64,000 nt of DNA from Octopus vulgaris (Eukaryota): NCBI GenBank assembly GCA_951406725.2, contig OX597817.1:126914001-126978000 (forward strand), read 5' to 3'. The notes beneath the pieces are model-generated. The model saw only the letters and a program-made list of their open reading frames with translations, had not been told where the DNA came from and did no database searches. The translations under genes and the position numbers were made by a program. Within the stretch, counting starts at the first letter, position 1. The number at the start of each line of letters is the position of its first letter. Shown here in pieces: positions 1 to 12,312 of this stretch.

Positions 1-358
1 TAAGAATCGACAGGTCTTTTCTAATTTTTTTTATTTTGTTTTGGATGTTATTTATCCACAGGGTTTGTTTGGGTGGTGGTACTCCTGTTTGGGCGGGGTT
101 GGGTGAGTATCCAGCTTCTTTTGTGGCTGCAGTGGCTGCTGCGTATATCAAGTCATTTAGTTCAGTGATATCACTTTTTTTTGTTTCAGTGGCTAGTTCA
201 GTGACGGCTAGGTTTATGTTGTTTATAATTGGTGTTGTTATTTCGTTTATTTTTATTCTTGGGCGGTATGGTCGGTGGTCCATTTTGAGCTCTGTGGTTT
301 TCAGTTCTTTGATTATTTTATTTTTTATATTATCATAATCATTAGGCTCCCCTTCGTT
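1..358 (-). mobile_element. Dong/R4-type non-LTR retrotransposon, 5'-truncated copy, N-terminal pre-RT coding region; runs off the window's left edge
   Basis: My minus-strand translation is stop-free: NEGEPNDYDNIKNKII...DITELNDLIYAAATAATKEAG...PPPKQTLWINNIQNKIKKIRKDLSIL. The ELNxLIYAAA and W..KI..RKDLS blocks are typical of the R4/Dong pre-RT region. It starts directly after a (TAA)n tract. Confidence 0.8.
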
Positions 359-359
359 G

Positions 360-430
<71 letters not shown>
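359..430 (-). repeat. (TAA)n microsatellite; tail of the 431-733 element and 5' flank of the 1-358 element
   Basis: Perfect (TTA)n run on the + strand. Confidence 0.95.
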
Positions 431-434
<4 letters not shown>

Positions 435-733
435 TTGTCTTATTTTTCCATGTGCTTTCACTGCATTACTCTGTGCAGCTCTGTGTGATTTAGATATGTG
501 CTGTAGTTTGTTGTAGTTTTTACTGTTCTGAATGTGTTTTACGTAGGATGTGTGTGGTGCCTAGTAGTGCTAATGTCTGTGCATTATACAAGCTTATTAA
601 TCTTGGTGTTTTTGTTATGTTTTTGTGTGATGTCTTTATCATACCTAATCCTCCTACTATGATAGGAATTGTTTTTGTCTTTAGACACCTCATTCGAGTT
701 ACCTCTATTTCCATGTTTTTGTATTTTGAAACT
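431..733 (-). mobile_element. Dong/R4-type retrotransposon 3' end (RLE C-terminus plus 3' UTR), diverged family-A copy
   Basis: ORF 520-714 (SKYKN)MEIEVTRMRCLKTKTIPIIVGGLGMIK...LALLGTTHILRK aligns with ORF 31039-31278. The UTR resembles 30941-31038 and ends in the TAA tail. Confidence 0.85.
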
Positions 734-759
734 TTGTGTGTGGGAGTGTGTGTGCATGA

Positions 760-1135
760 GGCGGCGGGGTGGGTTCAGGGGAGAGAGCAGATGCATGGTC
801 CATGGTAGCTGCTCTGGCAAGGGCTGTGTGGATAGTGGTGAGGGTTTTCTCCACCTAGGATGAAGTGGCGAGCGATGAGTTTAGACTGAGTCTCACAGTG
901 ATGTTCGTCACAACAGAGTCTGCATTGACGGAGTAATTGAGAATAGAGAATGGAAAGATTGGTGTGTTCAGGGTAGGGGGAAGAGAAGTTGAAGGATGAT
1001 TGTGAGTCTGTGTGTTTGCAGTGGATGGATATGGGGAGAGCGGAGTGATAAAAGCTGTCCGAAATGTCAAGAAAGGACACAGAGGTGTCAGAGATAGTGT
1101 AGAAGTGGAGGGCAGGTTGGAAAGATTTGACTAAA
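760..1135 (-). mobile_element. Penelope-like element (PLE) reverse-transcriptase thumb/linker fragment, decayed
   Basis: ORF 775-1080 SFLDIS...ISIHCKHTDSQSSFNFSSPYPEHTNLSILYSQLLRQCRLCCDEHH matches the PLE pattern FLD...KPTD...SxHP...SIPYSQxLRLRRLCS. Its DNA is homologous to 54955-55025. Confidence 0.75.
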
Positions 1136-1136
1136 G

Positions 1137-1214
1137 ATATATATGCATATATATATATATATGGATAGCTATATGAATATAAACATAAAGACGAAGGCAG
1201 GTGGAAAACAAACG

Positions 1215-1255
<41 letters not shown>
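1137..1255. repeat. (TA)n tracts enclosing a short PLE-type terminal-repeat piece (~1180-1218)
   Basis: aagacgaaggcaggtgg resembles aagacgaagtcaggtgg at ~4806; (TA)n lies on both sides. Confidence 0.6.
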
Positions 1256-1257
<2 letters not shown>

Positions 1258-3687
1258 ATTTATTGAAACATCTTAGGTATGGATTTAATTAATTCAATTA
1301 TCAGAATATTGAAAATAACGGAAATTAATGGAAATTAATCTTCGAATATTTTCTTGCGTATTTTCATGTTAACTATCAATATATTTGCTCATGTTCTACT
1401 TTACATGCACTCAACCTTTTTTCTGTTAATCCTCAGGTATTCCAAGAGACAACGGTGAGGGACACTGTCGTTAACGATCATGATTTCTATTCGTGCTTCA
1501 TTCACTATCATACTATAAATATTCAACGGTCCGATAATGATTTTCAGGCTAACAGTAATCAGTTAATGGGTCAATAATTGCTGACCAGCTCCACTTTTTT
1601 ATCTTTTAAGTTTATCTGTATGGTCACTATCTTTCATCCTGTTGTCTATGTTGATTTTCCATTTTCTATACAGTCATTGTATATTTGAGAGATTATCATT
1701 TAAAGTCTTTGAAAACCACAGGTTCCTGGGTCTTTGCAACACTATATTTTCATAAGCATTCCCTTTTTGTTTTTACCTCTATATTTTCTTGTTTCGTTCT
1801 ATTAAATTTTCATAAGCAATCCGCTTCCAAATTGTGTTGGCATATGCTTTGCTCCAGTTGTTCTTTGCTACGTCAGGATCTGGCACAGGATTATTTTAAA
1901 ATGTATTTGATTTGCGCTAATTCATAATTTACAATTTACTTCTGTTAGTTTTGAATAGCATTCATTTATCTTGGCCTCCATAAGTTTTGTTTGAGATTAC
2001 ACAAAGTTTCCCCAGGCAAGTGATCGGATATATCACGTGACAGCATTTTTATACGGTTTGAAAAATATATGCTGTCGAATATGAAGTGGTATTACTTGAT
2101 CCCGGATTACTAAATGTCGCTACATATTAGCTAAACAGCTGCCAAATTCAAAACGCAAAATATAACTTCTTTTCCGAGTGATATCATAGCACAAGAGCTA
2201 CTAGATTTACAAGCCATATCAGGCTCATATCGATAATCGATTTTCTTAAAGAAAGAAATAAAAGGTAGATCTGTAATGATAAACGGACAGGATAGTTATG
2301 GTTTGCGTATCTTTGAAATCAGCATAAGTCTAAACTATGATACCCTTAATAAACTAATTTGATTGAAATTCATAAATATTGAGTCACACACTTAGAGAAA
2401 CATCGCATTTCTTTTGTTCATTATGAAAGCTTCTTTCAGATATCAATTCGTTGGGAATGTTGTCTGCAAAAGTCGCTTAGGTAATATGCAAAATACTTCC
2501 CTGTATCTATTCAAAGCTTATGTAGTTTTAAATTATGTAGTTCGATTCCACTGCAGTTTAAAATAATTTTATATTTGAAAAGTATATGTCTCGATTATAA
2601 TCAAAGACAGTAATAGTTGGCACATCATGCAAAAATGTCACACAAGGATTATTAGTATAGTCTGAAATACTATTTTTAAGTATATATATCCTTATACAAA
2701 TAACCCGGTGTTTATATAGATTCTGTATTTTAAATCTATATCTTCCATTTGAATATTAAATGAAGCTAGCACTAAAACATAGATAAAATTGAATATTTCA
2801 AAAATTATATATTTTACTCCATTAGTTTATTAATGGTTTCTTTCTCTATGGCACATATTATAAAATACTATTTTGGCTTTAAGAATACCAAATGAAATAA
2901 AGCTATCTAATAAATAACTATGTGAGGAATAAAACATAAAGAATGAATTATTGCATTTCCTGTTTCTGAGACAGATACAAAATAGCATTAGCTGATATAC
3001 ATCAATTAATTTTCTCTCACTAACATCCTTATTTCTTCAATACATATATATTAATAATGATATATGCGAATGAAAGTACTTTTAATTTTTGCATTTAAAA
3101 TTTGAGATATAAGAAAACAAATACTTTGAGTACATATAATTGCTTAAAAATTATTGACTTAAAGAAAAAGTAGTTAAATATTGTAAGCGGACTCATTTTT
3201 CACAGCATCGGTAAAGAATATCGCAATGTATTTTCTAATATTTGTGATTTAAGATATAAGTATATTTCAATATATTACAGATAACCGAGTATCAGATGGA
3301 ATTTCTTTCTTTATAACTATTTGTTTCAAACTGTTTCTATTGCGATTGATTTGATATAAATGAATTTATATAATACGTCTGAAGCGTAAATCTAAACAAT
3401 TTTCATTACAGCAAAATGCGAAAAATGTTGAATAACAAAGGTTGTTATTACTGCGCTTAAGAAGCATTTTTGAAACAACTTAGCCTCGTACTAGTCTTCG
3501 TTATATAAGAAAAACACTTACTCAAACAATAAGGTAAATAATATATTTGATATGACTACTAGCAACACTGTTTTCACATGGGAAAGAATGGTAAAGTTTG
3601 CTTCGTAAAACATCGGAATGAATTTGGTGAGAGCAATATCTCACTGTATGCTGTTTCGGTCTATCGTGTCATATACTAACAATACAC

Positions 3688-3688
<1 letters not shown>

Positions 3689-3776
<88 letters not shown>

Positions 3777-3779
3777 TAT
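3689..3779. repeat. Compound (CA)n(TA)n microsatellite; similar tracts at ~6987-7070, 9148-9210, 14370-14510, 25380-25590, 41530-41640, 45145-45330, 45780-45915, 49903-50008, 60375-60490, 60815-60907, 61330-61405, 62280-62350
   Basis: Directly visible simple repeats. They generate the [12 protein letters not shown] ORFs in the supplied track. Confidence 0.95.
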
Positions 3780-3978
3780 GAGAGTATTGTTGTTCGCTGG
3801 AAGCATTGTGTATTGTTTGTAAAGAATAAAATATTTTGAATGACATAACAATGCACCATAATACAAACAATGAGCTATAATAACTGTTGTAATTTAATCA
3901 TCCATCATCCGATATCATATTTCGGAATAATTATGCTTTCTTCAGATATCCCTAGGAATTGCTGGAGTCACTGCAATA

Positions 3979-4250
3979 TATCAGGTTGGTGCAAAGGTAA
4001 TGCTCGATTTTAAGGTATCTTTAAAAAATGAAAAAGCCCATGATTAAGACAATATTTATTCGGTAACATAATGTCCCTTATTTTCTAGAACTTCATTCCC
4101 AACAATCCTCTAAAAGTCACGCTTGTAAAATTGTTCATGTTTTGATTCGAAATTTGAAGAATGCACTGTTACAAGCAAGAAGTAACTCAACCTTCACTAA
4201 ACACGTTAATTCAAAATACAGGAAGGCATATGAATTTTTTTTATGATGTA
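3979..4250 (-). mobile_element. mariner transposon 3'-end remnant
   Basis: TA followed by the TIR-like tcaggttggtgcaaaggtaatg. The minus strand gives a mariner-like C-terminus EVLENKGHYVTE*. The inner boundary is uncertain. Confidence 0.55.
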
Positions 4251-4727
4251 CTGGAACAATTCTTTTAGTGTTAATAATACAAGTTCTCCCTTTGTTTATC
4301 ATCAAACCCCAAACGTATATTATCCACCTTATCTATATATCAACTAATTTCTTTATGAAACTGTAGTATCACCTAACATGGATTTCGGGAATGTTCTTGA
4401 AGTTAAATTATATTTCCTCAAAATTAATTTCGGAAGTGTACCAGTAAAATACATTACTTTTACAATATGCATACTACGTGCCTGCTAATTATATATACAC
4501 ACAAATACACACACACACAAATACACACACACACATGACCGCCAAAATTGATGGACCTCGATTGGCCACCACTGCCACTAAACAATCCAACATACCAACA
4601 CCAACGCCATTTCGACTGATGAAAATAAGAGGCCTGCCGCAGAACAACATCAAATGCAAAATTGGCTACCTGAAGAACCTTTCAGCATGGGCTGAAACCA
4701 ATAAAAGATAAAATATATATCTATTTA

Positions 4728-4758
<31 letters not shown>

Positions 4759-4777
4759 ATATATATATATATAAATA

Positions 4778-4968
4778 TAGGAGAGTTTACGAAACAAACA
4801 ACACAAGACGAAGTCAGGTGGTGTACAAAACACACAGATGTATTAGTATAACGCCCAGGAATAGAAAAAAAGTATTTTACGTTTCGAACCTACGCTCTTC
4901 TATAGAAAGGGACACAGAAAACAAGGAGAGAAAACATGTGTGTAGTGGCTAACGATCTATCATGGCGA
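4778..4968 (-). mobile_element. PLE-type terminal repeat with a degenerate minimal hammerhead motif (4875-4908)
   Basis: Minus strand reads TTT-CTATAGA-A-GAGC gtag GTTC-GAAAC-GTA-AAA. This is hammerhead topology with two deviations from CUGANGA. It abuts (TA)n. Confidence 0.55.
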
Positions 4969-6712
4969 ACATACACTGACACACCCCACACGCACACGCA
5001 CACATACATTTTGTGAGTAAATGCTATATGTTAATTTGTATTTCAAAGTATTGCACTATAAATTGTGCGAAAGCATTATGGCATCGTGTGGCAATTTGTA
5101 TGTATGCATGTCTGTCGCACGTAAGAAATAAATCATTAATACAATCTGAGATAACGTCATTGTTTTCCAAACATAATCAGTATATCTCTACTTCTATGAG
5201 CTCCAAAAGTGTAAAGCAATATATGTGCAATCTAGCTTTGTTTTTGTTATCATTTACTAGCTTAGTGAAAACGTGGGGAAAATTATTATTCTTTATTTGT
5301 ATTTGATTGAGAAACTAAAATGTGCTTCAGTTTCTTAACATCTTGTATTTGTTTAATGATCTCATTGTGTAAAATGTTTTGTTTTTCCTTTTCACATCGC
5401 GGTATAGTACAATACTGCTATAATTACTTAATATTACTCTATTTTGAATTCAAGATATACGAGAGGATTGATTATTGCTTCTTTATAGACCTTGTGAAGC
5501 TTTCATCGTCATGTTCAGCACAAGTATTACATGAGTTCTTGCTGGGAGAAGCCCCCGCATTTCCTAAGAAATTAATGTATTTAACTGCGTAATTAATTTA
5601 CATACTCAAAATTTCACAGTCAATATTCTTTGCAAATCTTCGTTGATATTACTCAGTAGGGAAATAATTATGATTGTATTAATTGAAAATGTGTATTACT
5701 AGAAAATTTATATATAGCATTTTGGTAACCTTCTTATTGACAATGATCATTGGATACAAGATATAAAAACAAATGTTAATAAATAAAATTTTGTTTTTCT
5801 CACAATCTTACAGGCACTTTTAGTCTTCAAAGTCATGTAACAATGACTATGATCAATGAATTGATGATCTATGTCAAGATGCTAACAGTTATTTAAAACA
5901 GATTGAATAACGTAGTCACAGCTCATGAATACACGTTGATAGCAAAAATAAAGAATTTTCCCAGAAATAGACAAATCAAAATTGAGGTAGCTCTGTTTCC
6001 AAGAGAAACATATTTGTCATCATTTTACTTTTACTTTTACTTAATGAAACCTTGTATTGCATATTCAAACCTTTGTATAGATGATTAAATATTTAAAACA
6101 TATAAGCAATCTTTTCATATAGACTATACAAGTTACCTTTCAAGAAAATAATCTGTTCATTATATTCAGTGATATTTTGCCCTCAGGGCTTTTGTGATAT
6201 TGTGCCACTGAAGTTATTAGAATTTCACTGCTTCTTTAGCAGAACATCGCCCAAAGGTACAACAAAATATAATGGAAATATCTTTAATCTTTCGTATTAT
6301 GAAGACAACGAAAGATATACTTATTCTGTTGTTTATCACTGTTTTAACAATTCTCTGTTAACATACATATCAGTGAAGTGATACAAGAGTCTTGTTTCTT
6401 ACAGAAATTATTCATAATACGCACTAAGCAAATATCACTTTTCGACTCACCATTTCTTATATAGAATTCCATTACATTAATTTTCCCCAAAAATCTTACA
6501 ATCTTTAATTTGTAATCGATTAATCTGGTATATCAAATGGTAAATAGATTAAACATATGTCGAAATCCGTATAGAATCGTCTTCTTCTTTTCATATATGA
6601 ATGTAATTGATGCGATATTTAAAACTCCATTCTAAGCAAACTGATATACAATCAACATATTATTTTCGTTTTAGTCTGGGTATCTACAACAATCACAGAT
6701 GGAATAGCGATG

Positions 6713-6779
<67 letters not shown>

Positions 6780-6783
<4 letters not shown>

Positions 6784-6984
6784 ATCCAAACAAGAAAACA
6801 CAAAAAAAACAAAAACACAACAACGCGAGGACGTGGAACAAATAAAGTATTATTGGACGCTCAGGAAAGAAGGGAAGAAGGAGGGTTTAACTTTCGAGCG
6901 GAGCTCTTCGTCGGAAACATAGGAGAAGGAAGGATTCCAAGAAGGGAAGATAGAGGGAACAAATCGCCGGCGGTACTCACGAGG

Positions 6985-6987
<3 letters not shown>
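6780..6987 (-). mobile_element. PLE-type terminal repeat with a minimal hammerhead-like motif (6885-6918), embedded between (TA)n and (CA)n(TA)n
   Basis: Minus strand reads GTTT-CCGACGA-A-GAGC tcc GCTC-GAAA-GTT-AAAC: 4-bp stem I, 4-bp stem II, a U4C variant, and one base missing in stem III. Confidence 0.6.
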
Positions 6988-7069
<82 letters not shown>

Positions 7070-7164
7070 TGTAGAATATATATATATAAAATTAGAAAAA
7101 ACATCTTTTACCAATTCGAAATGAACAATTAAATTACACCATCTAGAAAATTACATATAATAGA

Positions 7165-7388
7165 AATATTAAAATTAAAATAACAATAAAATGTCAATGA
7201 TTAAGTAAATTGCAAAAAATAATAATAAAAACGTATATAATAGGTAGAATAACGACACGTGTTTCGTGGCTATATGTAAGAAATGATTATAGTAGTAGAG
7301 AAATTACTATATTTTATACATTTTTTATTATTATTTTTTGCAATTTACTTAATCGATGACATTTTATTGTTATTTTAATTTTAATATT
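7165..7388. repeat. ~66-bp inverted repeat (7165-7231 / 7321-7388) enclosing a half-hammerhead (GAAAC-ACGT-GTC, minus strand ~7254-7266)
   Basis: aatattaaaattaaaataacaataaaatgtcaatgattaagtaaattgcaaaaaataataataaaa versus its reverse complement, with about 2 mismatches. Confidence 0.8.
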
Positions 7389-7555
7389 CAGTTTCCGTCT
7401 ACCGAATCCACTCACAAGGCTTTGGTCGGCTCGAGGCCAAAGTAGAAGACACTTTCCCAAGGTGCCACGCAGTGGGACTGAACCCGGAACCATGCGGTTG
7501 GTAAGCAAGCTACTTACCACACAGCCACTCATGCGCCTTAGCCACTCCTGCGCCT
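7388..7555 (-). mobile_element. tRNA-derived SINE, family 1 (CORE-like), 5' part
   Basis: A box TGGCTGTGTGG, B box GGTTCAGTCCC and CORE-like gcaccttgggaaagtgtc. Homologous to 26847-27228. The head is locally duplicated at 7540-7555. Confidence 0.85.
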
Positions 7556-7748
7556 ATTATATTATATTGTGTGAAATTTGATTTAGTATTTCTAAATTGA
7601 ATTTTTTCCTTGTAAGTTTGGATTCTATTCTCTCAAATAATAATTATATATATATATATATATATGGTCATGTTCTGAAGAATACGTAAACACACCGGAG
7701 ATAAGGAGAAGACAGAACCAAAATATACGCAATAAGTACAGGACATAA

Positions 7749-7794
<46 letters not shown>

Positions 7795-9145
7795 GTTGTA
7801 ATATCAAAAGCAGCATAATGCATCAGATAAATATTTCAAGGAAAATTTTTGTACCCTGTACCACATGTCAGGACTGACTCATCTGGCGTCGAGTTAAATA
7901 GAGAATCCCTATTTAGACTGACTTCCCGAGCTTCAAGTGAGATTATATTTTAATTTTAATCTGGGAACGAATTGGGTCCGAAACTTTGATTTTCCCAGTA
8001 TACGATATATGAGGTTGAAGTACATAGATGCACTTTGAAGTTAAGTAAAGTAAGATATTTTATAAATTAGGTTAAATTCACTTATAGAACCCGAGAAGAA
8101 GTTCCAATCGTCTAGAGCATTCAATATTATGCAACTTCTTATGTATTTCGGACAAAGCGAGTCATGCGTATGTATATATATATATATACATCTATATTGC
8201 TGTGATATTTTTTCTTGTTAATAATTACCTTCAGGTGGAATTTGGATTCAATTAACTAAAATACCGTTGTGAAACCCTTCATATTTTGCATAAAGGAAAT
8301 TGCCATTGACTTTAATATTTATATAGTAAATTTAATCTAGGCGCCTAGTGTTGCATTTTATCTGTCTTACATATGATAAATGTATCAGAATCTGGTAACC
8401 AATTTTAATCGTGTTATATCATACGTACCAATCGATGATCTTTCACGATTATCCTTCCTCTAAAATTGCAAGTCATCATCTTCCATTTTTCTGAATGTCC
8501 GTATTGCATGTGTTGTATAGTTACCTGCAAGAATTGTGTACTGTATAAGCCCTAAAAATCTATGGGTTACGACTAATTTCAAATATGTTTTAGAAAACCT
8601 AAACAACAGATACATTAAAACAAAACAAACCAGCCGCTGAGTCAATTACTAGAGGTTGCTCTTCCAAAGTGTAAGCCCATTCCTACTCATCATTTACTCC
8701 GGCTTTGGTAATTAGTGAGTGAAACGTTTAAGGTATGTATATGTGTCATCATGTAAAATAATATGCATCATTTTTCGCTTTAGGAAATAGACAAATTTAT
8801 CATGCAATCCTCTAAATTCCTATTAATTTTTAATTATACTACATTTACCAATGCAATATTTATCTGTCATAGTATGTCGTTCCTCGTTCTATATTCAGTA
8901 CGTGGAAGTAACAAGAAAATTGGAAAACAAATATAGAAGACAGAAACATTTCCAGTAGAAGAATGTACGGAAAGGAAGTGTTATACTAAATAACATTCAG
9001 AAATATATGGTTGATATATGGATATAAAGCTTGATAAAATTACACAATTTTGACTTTGTATTATGGAATCCATTTATAATAACCTTAAAATAATTATTGC
9101 ATTATCTTTACTGCGCACGTATGGACAAATCACATTGGATACCTG

Positions 9146-9215
<70 letters not shown>

Positions 9216-9849
9216 AATTTCTTCATGAAGCGAGTATTCTTCATGGGAATAGGAAGAAATAGGGTCTGTTGTTAAACAGATAGGTAAGTTATCGTTACAA
9301 CTGGTGTTTTTTTCGCTCCAACATCTTTCTGCTTAGTCATTAATCAAGTCAAACATATTAAAGTATATTCAATATAAAAGATGATGGAGGATTGAAGCTG
9401 AATACGTTCAGTTACATTTAGTAACTGGCATATCCAAATTTGATAATTTTAGTGAAAAGATGCAATATACAATATATTTACATATTTTGGCAATCGACAT
9501 TCATTTGGATCTTATTTATTGGATAATAATTTTTGCATCTCACCTAGCGGCCTTGTGGTGTATCACAGAAACCCATTTTCAGTATAATTGCTAAACAAAA
9601 GTCATGTGTGACATATTTGCTCGACATTTCACTCATATATTTGGAGTCGACATCAAATATGTTATACCAGTAAAATACTGAGCCGAATATGTGTGTGTGT
9701 GTATGTGTGTGTGTGTGTGTGTGTGTAATTCACTCTTAGACGAACAATCATTTCCAGTCGAGATTCGCAGTACACATTGTAATATTTATCGTTTCGACTA
9801 CTTGATTTTCAGTTGATTTTCCTAAGTCACCATTTCGCACTTGTACGTT

Positions 9850-10000
9850 AATCCGTCACAAGTTTATCCATTTATAGCTGAATGAACTAGAACAACTTGA
9901 AATGAAATGTTTTGGTCAAGTATATAAAGCAAAGGCAGACTGGTATTCGAAACAACGATCTCGTGATCGTGCTTTGCATTACCCTAACCACTAGTCCAGA
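9850..10000 (-). mobile_element. tRNA-derived SINE, family 2, degraded
   Basis: Minus strand ctagtggttagggt...gtttcgaatacc...catttcatttca resembles 12065-12312 and 60912-61240. Confidence 0.6.
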
Positions 10001-10704
10001 TAATGTCACATGAGTGGAAGAACGTTAGCTCACTTGAGATCCTTCAAGCTGTGACGTGTTTTGTTTTTCATTCCGAGGATGCCCAACAACTCAAATTCTT
10101 CATCAAGGATGATTGGAGTGATTTATCGCTTTAGTTGCTGATGACATGACCATGTGACAAGTTGTACTTGATTAAAGGTTACCTGTTACAAGCAGAAGCC
10201 AGGAACGACCTAGCAATTATATGTATATACATATACATGTTTGCGTGCAAAAGTATTCCACATCTGTAGTAGAGAGCATTCAAACAGATTTGCTTTCTCA
10301 TAAATAAGCAGTACCCATTTATGTTTTATTAAAAATTATCAGTATTCCATTATCTTTGCTTTCCCTCCCAGAGTTGATAAGTTCAAGTGCTCCAAACACG
10401 ATCACAAACTATGCCAAATATATATCGCATTTAATGTATTTATGCCTACAGCGTTTGATATAATCTAAACTAGTTTTAGATGCAAAAAAATTACATATAA
10501 ATCCTATATACTTAAGGAGTCAATTCAAAATACCTTAGCTAACGGAGTACTAGATAAGAGATTTGTAACGCGTGGAATTTAGAGGGATACCAAGCTAAGT
10601 TTTCTTTTTTTATATACTGTCCTGCTTTTCATAGCCAATAAACTCCAAGCGGATAGCTCTTTATCCTAGGTTTCATGAATCATTAATATTTCTTTACTAT
10701 TAGA

Positions 10705-10890
10705 CGATGAGCTTGCAGAAACGTTTCTACACTGGAAAAATGCTTCCCAGCATTTTTTCCGACTTCCGAGTTCAAATTCCGCCAAGGTCGACTTTTCCCT
10801 TTCATCATTTCATGGTCAATTAAATAATAACTAGAAATTGAACATTTTCTATTTCTATATTCCACGTAATTGCTGGCCTAGCACTAAAAT
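10705..10890 (+). mobile_element. tRNA-derived SINE, family 3
   Basis: gagcttgcagaaacgtt...gagttcaaattccgccaaggtcgacttttccctttcatc is the same block as at 21105-21240. Confidence 0.75.
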
Positions 10891-12064
10891 TTACTACGGT
10901 CTATTACAAACAATCAATATGCAAATATTACGAAATGATATTTTCACGTACTAGACAAAATATCCTATGCTCTGCGAATATACTTTTTTAAGATATGCTG
11001 AAACTATATACATTTTTAATAGGGGACATTTTACAATGGTAAATACGAAATATTAAAAGTAAGCCAAATTATCAATGAAATCTCTCCTTACAACACACAG
11101 GAATATCTACATACTGAATTCGTGTTTACTATATCTTTCACCAGATCATATATTTGCTAAAACGAGTACTCATCGAAGACTTACATTTTCTTTGCTCCAT
11201 TCTCATAACAAATACTGTCTGTCATAGTCTAACGTTTATCTTCTACAATACAGCATGTTGTATGGATTCAAAACTTTTTAGCACGTACCTCGACATGGCA
11301 AACATCTTCGAGTGCGTTTTGGACATGCCGTTGAAACAGCTGTCAACATACATATCATAAGGTCAGGCACGATATAGTACAATTCAATGATATTACTTAA
11401 ATGATTCGGTCTTTAATTTTAAGAAAATGTCTGTTAAACTTAATACCGAATGTTAGTGCATACTTAGATAAAATATATGTGCAGCTATAAAATTTAGTGT
11501 ACTTAAAATATTTTATGTTATATGTTTCTACATTAATGAATTCAAACAATCGAAGTTAAACATTTTCTCTCAATATAAATCCACTAGATATGATACAAGA
11601 AAAAATAATTTTAAACCTCTCCGACACACAGATACGTCATTTAAATTCTATCCAACTCACATACCATTCTAACTAGAGAGCATTAATGAGAGATTGTATA
11701 TCCACAGTTCTGGGACTTCTCTGTAGTTGTCATAGTTTATTCACATAACAGTGTTTCACTGTTCATATTTATGCGGGATTGTTAAAACAGAATCTAACTA
11801 TAATTTACTAAACTGAAATTATAATTCTCAATATAATAGAATTTGTTAAGTTATAGAAAATTATAAAAATGGAGATAAATGTAAGGAATAATAAATGATA
11901 AAGAATAATAAATTTTAAGATAGTAATCATGGCCTGAGATTCTTAGGAATGAATGTGAAAATGTTTGTAAGTAGCATTTCCCCACTCACCACATATATGT
12001 GGTTTTACCTTCGTAGTAAATGTGGTTAAATTAGAGGTTAGTAATTTTAATTGAAGGTAAAGGT

Positions 12065-12312
12065 TAGCTTGATGAGCCTTACCCACTCATAAGGACCGGT
12101 TTGCCGGTTTCTATTGGGGATTAAACGCCCCATATGTGCTGGTCGCCAGTCCGTCGCAGGATTACTAGTGTTTACCAGCTGAGTGAATTGGAACAATGTG
12201 AAATGAAGTATTTTGCTCCAGAACACAACGCGTCGGCCAGTCCAGGAATTGAAACCACAATATTACGATCATGAATCAACCACTTTAACCACTAAGCCTA
12301 CGCGGCTCCACT
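12065..12312 (-). mobile_element. tRNA-derived SINE, family 2 (V-domain-like tail)
   Basis: A box AGGCTTAGTGG, B box GGTTTCAATTCC, and tail cctgcgacggactggcg...agaaaccggcaaaccgg. Confidence 0.75.

Noticed and set aside
36-338. Hydrophobic 100-aa + strand ORF that looks like a membrane protein
   Set aside because: It is the antisense shadow of the A-rich Dong ORF on the minus strand.
4669-4712. CTGAAGA...GAAAC as another hammerhead
   Set aside because: No stem I or NUH closure. The sequence is better explained as a family-1 SINE tail (ctgaaaccaataaaagataaaa).
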